Below the pieces are notes generated by a model, which ran no database searches, was not told the origin of the DNA, and worked only from the letters and a program-made list of their open reading frames with translations. A stretch of 64,000 nucleotides of DNA from Methanobacteriota archaeon (GTDB taxonomy: Archaea > Thermoplasmatota > E2 > DHVEG-1). Shown in pieces: positions 57,262 through 64,000 of this stretch (position 1 is its first letter; each line of letters begins with the position of its first letter). Location of the stretch: the NCBI GenBank assembly GCA_963769885.1, contig CAVYNH010000005.1, forward strand, positions 119,144 through 183,143, read 5' to 3'. Both the position numbers and the translations under genes were made by a program.

Positions 57262-60021
57262 TCACAGGCCGTCCTCCACATGGTAATGCCATGTGCCGGC
57301 TAAGAGCAAGTTAAAATCGAGGTTGCCGGTGACGCTGAACACCGGCCAGATGTACAAGTGGAGGTTCTGCCAGTACCATTCCACGCAGACGTAGAGGGCG
57401 ACGCCGGAAAGGGTCACGTTCGCGCCCCATTGATCGCCGTAGGTGAAGTAGAGGTTGATGGCCTGGAGGTTGGGGTGGCTGCAGTTCTGGTTAATCCTGA
57501 AGTAGGAGGGGTCGGTGTAGGAGCCTTGGTCCCACCGCCAGCTCATGTCGAAGTGCAGGGTGCTGGCGAGGGTGAGGCCGCCGTGGAAGTCGATGTCCTG
57601 GATGGCGTCGTCGAGGTTGAAACCGAGGTGGATCGGATGGGTCTGGGTGAAGTCGAGGTTAACGGAGCCGGTGTCCCCGAGGGACCAGTTCCCGGTGAAG
57701 TCAAGTTGGTCGCCGTTGTATTCTAAGGCGACGTGGAAGTCGTCAAAGGCATTGAGATGACCGGAAAGATCCAGGGTCTGTATCTGGGGCTGCGGTCCGG
57801 TGACGTTCAGAACCCAGTCGGCGGCAAAATCCGTGGCGGAGACGGTTCCGGCCTCAATCATGAGTGCCTTGCCTGTTGCTAGGTTCTTAATCTCGAACCG
57901 GTCATCGAGCATGTCGTTGGTTGTATCAAGGGAGAAAAACCCGTCCGTGGCGATCAGTCCTTGGACGTCGATCGCGCCGTTGCCGATGCGCAGCTCGTCG
58001 CTGATGCTAAGGTTGTCGAAGGTGAGGCTAAGCTTGATGGGGTCCGGGTTGCCGGCTGAGGATCGCTCGGCATAGAGGTGTCCCTGGGGCTGGTTCCACC
58101 AGAACTGTCCGCTGCCGTAGGCATTTGACGGGACGTCATCGACCGTCAGCATCGGTTCCTCGACACCGGGGAGGTACATCGCTGCCTCGCCGAAGTTGGA
58201 GCTGGCGGTGCGGTCCGCGAAGGCGGAGAGGTAGTTGTCCGGGTTCACCCAGAAGTTGTCAGGGTCGGGATCGACGTAGAGGGTCCCGGACACCTGGATC
58301 TGGCCTGATCCCGCGAGGCTGCCGGCAGGGATGGAGACGAAGGGCATATCAGGGTCGGAGCCAGGGTCCGGTTTCGGGTAGTACATGGTGACAGCGCCTA
58401 AGGAACTGCTCATGCTATGGCCGACGAAGCCGTCGACCGTAAGGATGAGCATGGAGCTGTTGGTAATGAGCAGGGATGCCCCGGCGTCGATGCGCCGGGA
58501 GCTGGGGATAGCATTGATCGTCAGCCAGGCCACGTCCGGGGTTTGCGTGTCGTTCTTCGGGTAGTAGACCGCGATCTGGTCGAGGTTGTCGTCCATCTGC
58601 GTGTTGATGAACCCGAGGGTTTCCACCTCAAATAATTTGCCTTGGGCAACATGGAAGCTGGCATTGAGCGCCCAGGTGAGGTCCGCCTGGGTGGGGATGC
58701 CGTTCAGCTGAAGTTTTTCTTTGAACCATGGCGAGCTGAGGATCATGCCGACGTTGAACTTGGTGCTGGCCCGATAGGAGAAGCTACCGTCGAACGGGCT
58801 AAGGTCCCCGCGGCGATTGAGGTCGAAGCTCATCCATTTCCCGGGTCCGACGAGGCTGAGGGGGACGCTAGCGAGGCTGAGGGTGAAGGTGAACGTGGCG
58901 TTCTCCTGTTCCGCGGTGGTTCCGCCGGCGAGGAGGTTAGAGTAGAACGTGATGTTCGTCGGCTCGTCGGAGGCGGTATGGTAGTAGAAGAAGGTCTTGC
59001 CGGAGAGCGGCGTCAGCTGGGTGACGACGTTGCAGGCGGGGTCGAAGTTCACCGCGAACTCCACATTGTAGGCGGGGTCGGTCTGGCCTGCTTTGTAGGA
59101 CTGGAAGCCGAACAGGAAGTCGTTGCTGGCGGTCCCGATGATGTCGTTGGAGTCCATCTCATGCTGGAAGATGGCGGGATGGAAGAGGTTCTCTTTGCTG
59201 ACTGCGAACGTCTTTTCGATGTGGACCGGGATTTTCTCTCCAGCAGGGGACCGGTACCCGACACGGAGGACGATGTAGTCTTGGGAGGCTTGCCCCGGCT
59301 CCAGGGTAACGGGTTGGGCGAGGGAATCCTCGATCTTCTCCAGGAGGGGTAAGCTGGGGTGGTTCAGCCGCTCTTGCAGGCGCAGGAGGATATTCGTCAG
59401 GATTGCTTTAAGGAGTGTGAAGGGGCCTAGTGAGGTGATCAGGTGAAGGTTGACGTGGAACTCTTGCCAGACCTCGAGCTCCGTCGTCTGGTTCGCAAGC
59501 CCGTTGTTAATCTGTCTGAAGTCGAAGCTCGTGGCCCAGGCCTTGTGGTTGACAGTGCCGGAGTCGGTGATCTCGTCAATGCCGTAGCGATAGAATCCGA
59601 AGCCGGTTTCGACGTCATCAGCTGGGTCGTCGTCCAGGTTGAACCGGATGGGGGTGCGGTAGTTCGGGTCCCCGAGTTTTCCCAGAATCATCCAGCGCTT
59701 GATGTCGATTTTCTGGGAGACCTCTTTACCGTTATAGCGAATCGTGACCCACAGGCCGAAAATCTCGTTGCCGCCGAGCAGTGGGTCTGAGAAGAGATGC
59801 CGGCTGGACTGGTATTGTGCCGGCGTATACCGAGAGACGTCCATGGTCAGGTATTTGTTGACCAAGGCGGAGACCGACTGCATCGAGTCGGTCGGGTATT
59901 GTGCCTGAGCGGCTTGAGTTAACGAGGCTTTGGGCTCGTGGCCCGTGACAACCCCAGATAATGTCATGCTTACACATAGCAGCCCTGTGAAGAGGGTTTG
60001 CACGCCTCTGCTCATCTTCAT
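57262..60021 (-). CDS. large secreted beta-rich hypothetical protein
   Basis: 919-aa ORF with signal peptide and GAGGTG RBS; no family recognised. Confidence 0.75.
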   Translation of the reverse strand: MKMSRGVQTLFTGLLCVSMTLSGVVTGHEPKASLTQAAQAQYPTDSMQSVSALVNKYLTMDVSRYTPAQYQSSRHLFSDPLLGGNEIFGLWVTIRYNGKEVSQKIDIKRWMILGKLGDPNYRTPIRFNLDDDPADDVETGFGFYRYGIDEITDSGTVNHKAWATSFDFRQINNGLANQTTELEVWQEFHVNLHLITSLGPFTLLKAILTNILLRLQERLNHPSLPLLEKIEDSLAQPVTLEPGQASQDYIVLRVGYRSPAGEKIPVHIEKTFAVSKENLFHPAIFQHEMDSNDIIGTASNDFLFGFQSYKAGQTDPAYNVEFAVNFDPACNVVTQLTPLSGKTFFYYHTASDEPTNITFYSNLLAGGTTAEQENATFTFTLSLASVPLSLVGPGKWMSFDLNRRGDLSPFDGSFSYRASTKFNVGMILSSPWFKEKLQLNGIPTQADLTWALNASFHVAQGKLFEVETLGFINTQMDDNLDQIAVYYPKNDTQTPDVAWLTINAIPSSRRIDAGASLLITNSSMLILTVDGFVGHSMSSSLGAVTMYYPKPDPGSDPDMPFVSIPAGSLAGSGQIQVSGTLYVDPDPDNFWVNPDNYLSAFADRTASSNFGEAAMYLPGVEEPMLTVDDVPSNAYGSGQFWWNQPQGHLYAERSSAGNPDPIKLSLTFDNLSISDELRIGNGAIDVQGLIATDGFFSLDTTNDMLDDRFEIKNLATGKALMIEAGTVSATDFAADWVLNVTGPQPQIQTLDLSGHLNAFDDFHVALEYNGDQLDFTGNWSLGDTGSVNLDFTQTHPIHLGFNLDDAIQDIDFHGGLTLASTLHFDMSWRWDQGSYTDPSYFRINQNCSHPNLQAINLYFTYGDQWGANVTLSGVALYVCVEWYWQNLHLYIWPVFSVTGNLDFNLLLAGTWHYHVEDGL

Positions 60022-60190
60022 ACACCTCTCGCCCTTACCAGGTGTACAAACTCAGGGACGCCTTTTAAATGTTTCTAGAACCTTTTTATACGAAACACAG
60101 GAAAAAAGACAGGAAAAAATCAGAATGACAGGGTTTACCCCTAACACCATTGATGATCGAAGAAATAAAAGGAAAGGGAAAATGTAAGGT

Positions 60191-60420
60191 GGCTTGACAG
60201 CGTACCAGGGGCCTCTAGGTTTCAAGCAGTGGAGCTTACCCCAAAAGAGTCCCGAAGGACTCAACTGAGGCTCTCCACCTAGCCTAAAGGTCCCAGCCCT
60301 CTTGCGAGGGTAATCTTCCCATGGGCTCGCGCACCATAGTACCGAAGATTACGCAGGTAAGCTTAACTGCCGGGTTCGGAATGAGACCGGGTGTTTCCCT
60401 ACCGCTTTGACCGTCAAACC
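60191..60420 (-). rRNA. rrf: 5S rRNA with ~105-nt expansion segment
   Basis: CACCCGGTCTCATTCCGAACCCGGCAGTTAAG core; helix I closes only between GGTTTGACGG and CTGTCAAGCC, 230 nt apart. Confidence 0.9.
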
Positions 60421-60461
60421 ACCGTTACCATGAACGTGCGTACGTAATCTGTATAACGATT

Positions 60462-63652
<3,191 letters not shown>

Positions 63653-63811
63653 AATATTCGTCCAGATTACGTATGCACACCACTACACAGCATAAGCTAA
63701 TACGGACATGATGTAGTGGAGACGATCATCGACCCCAGAAGGTCTACGTCCTCACCACCGAATCTCTCGCGACACTCGGTGGCGCTTGTTCGTTGAAATC
63801 GGAAGAACCAA

Positions 63812-63883
63812 TGGACCGGACGGGATTTGAACCCGCGGCCTCCTGCTTGCAAAGCAGGCGATCTTCCGCTGATCTACCGGCCC
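63812..63883 (-). tRNA. tRNA-Ala(TGC), upstream of the 23S gene
   Basis: GGGCCGGTAGATCAGCGGAAGATCGCCTGCTTTGCAAGCAGGAGGCCGCGGGTTCAAATCCCGTCCGGTCCA. Confidence 0.97.
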
Positions 63884-64000
63884 CCAACGAACCAGGGACC
63901 GACAGCAATTCAATATTTCTTAATATACTTTGTGTATTGAATCATCACTTGTGATCAACGCAACTCTCTAGTGTTTGATCCACCCTTTTGTGTTGTTAAC

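Overview
Archaeal chromosomal segment. Gene content (T. acidophilum-type XPD, carS, rpl15-secY-adk-DUF106-cmk-cbf5, archaellum, gingipain-type C25 protease) points to Thermoplasmatota, plausibly the sediment MBG-D/DHVEG-1 lineage; this taxonomy is inference. The left part (1-28.5 kb) is mostly housekeeping: tRNA/rRNA modification, translation, two ABC exporters and two tRNAs. From 28.6 to 54.2 kb lies an unusual motility locus. It has a complete arlC-D/E-F-G-H-I-J core with two tandem arlI ATPases and seven archaellin or archaellin-like genes. Two archaellins carry an ~80-aa Sm/Hfq-like domain in front of the class III cleavage site. Two PAS/coiled-coil proteins without output domains (one of 2325 aa) and a PRC-barrel/coiled-coil protein sit in or beside it, and no che genes are in the window. 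Two large secreted proteins follow. The window ends in a minus-strand rRNA block (tRNA-Ala, 23S, 5S): the 23S has an ORF-less group I intron at E. coli position 1931 and the 5S has a ~105-nt structured expansion segment. Also seen: a saw-tooth G/C strand skew independent of gene orientation, a relic second cbf5 3' end, and several single-base +1 frameshifts that are probably assembly errors.
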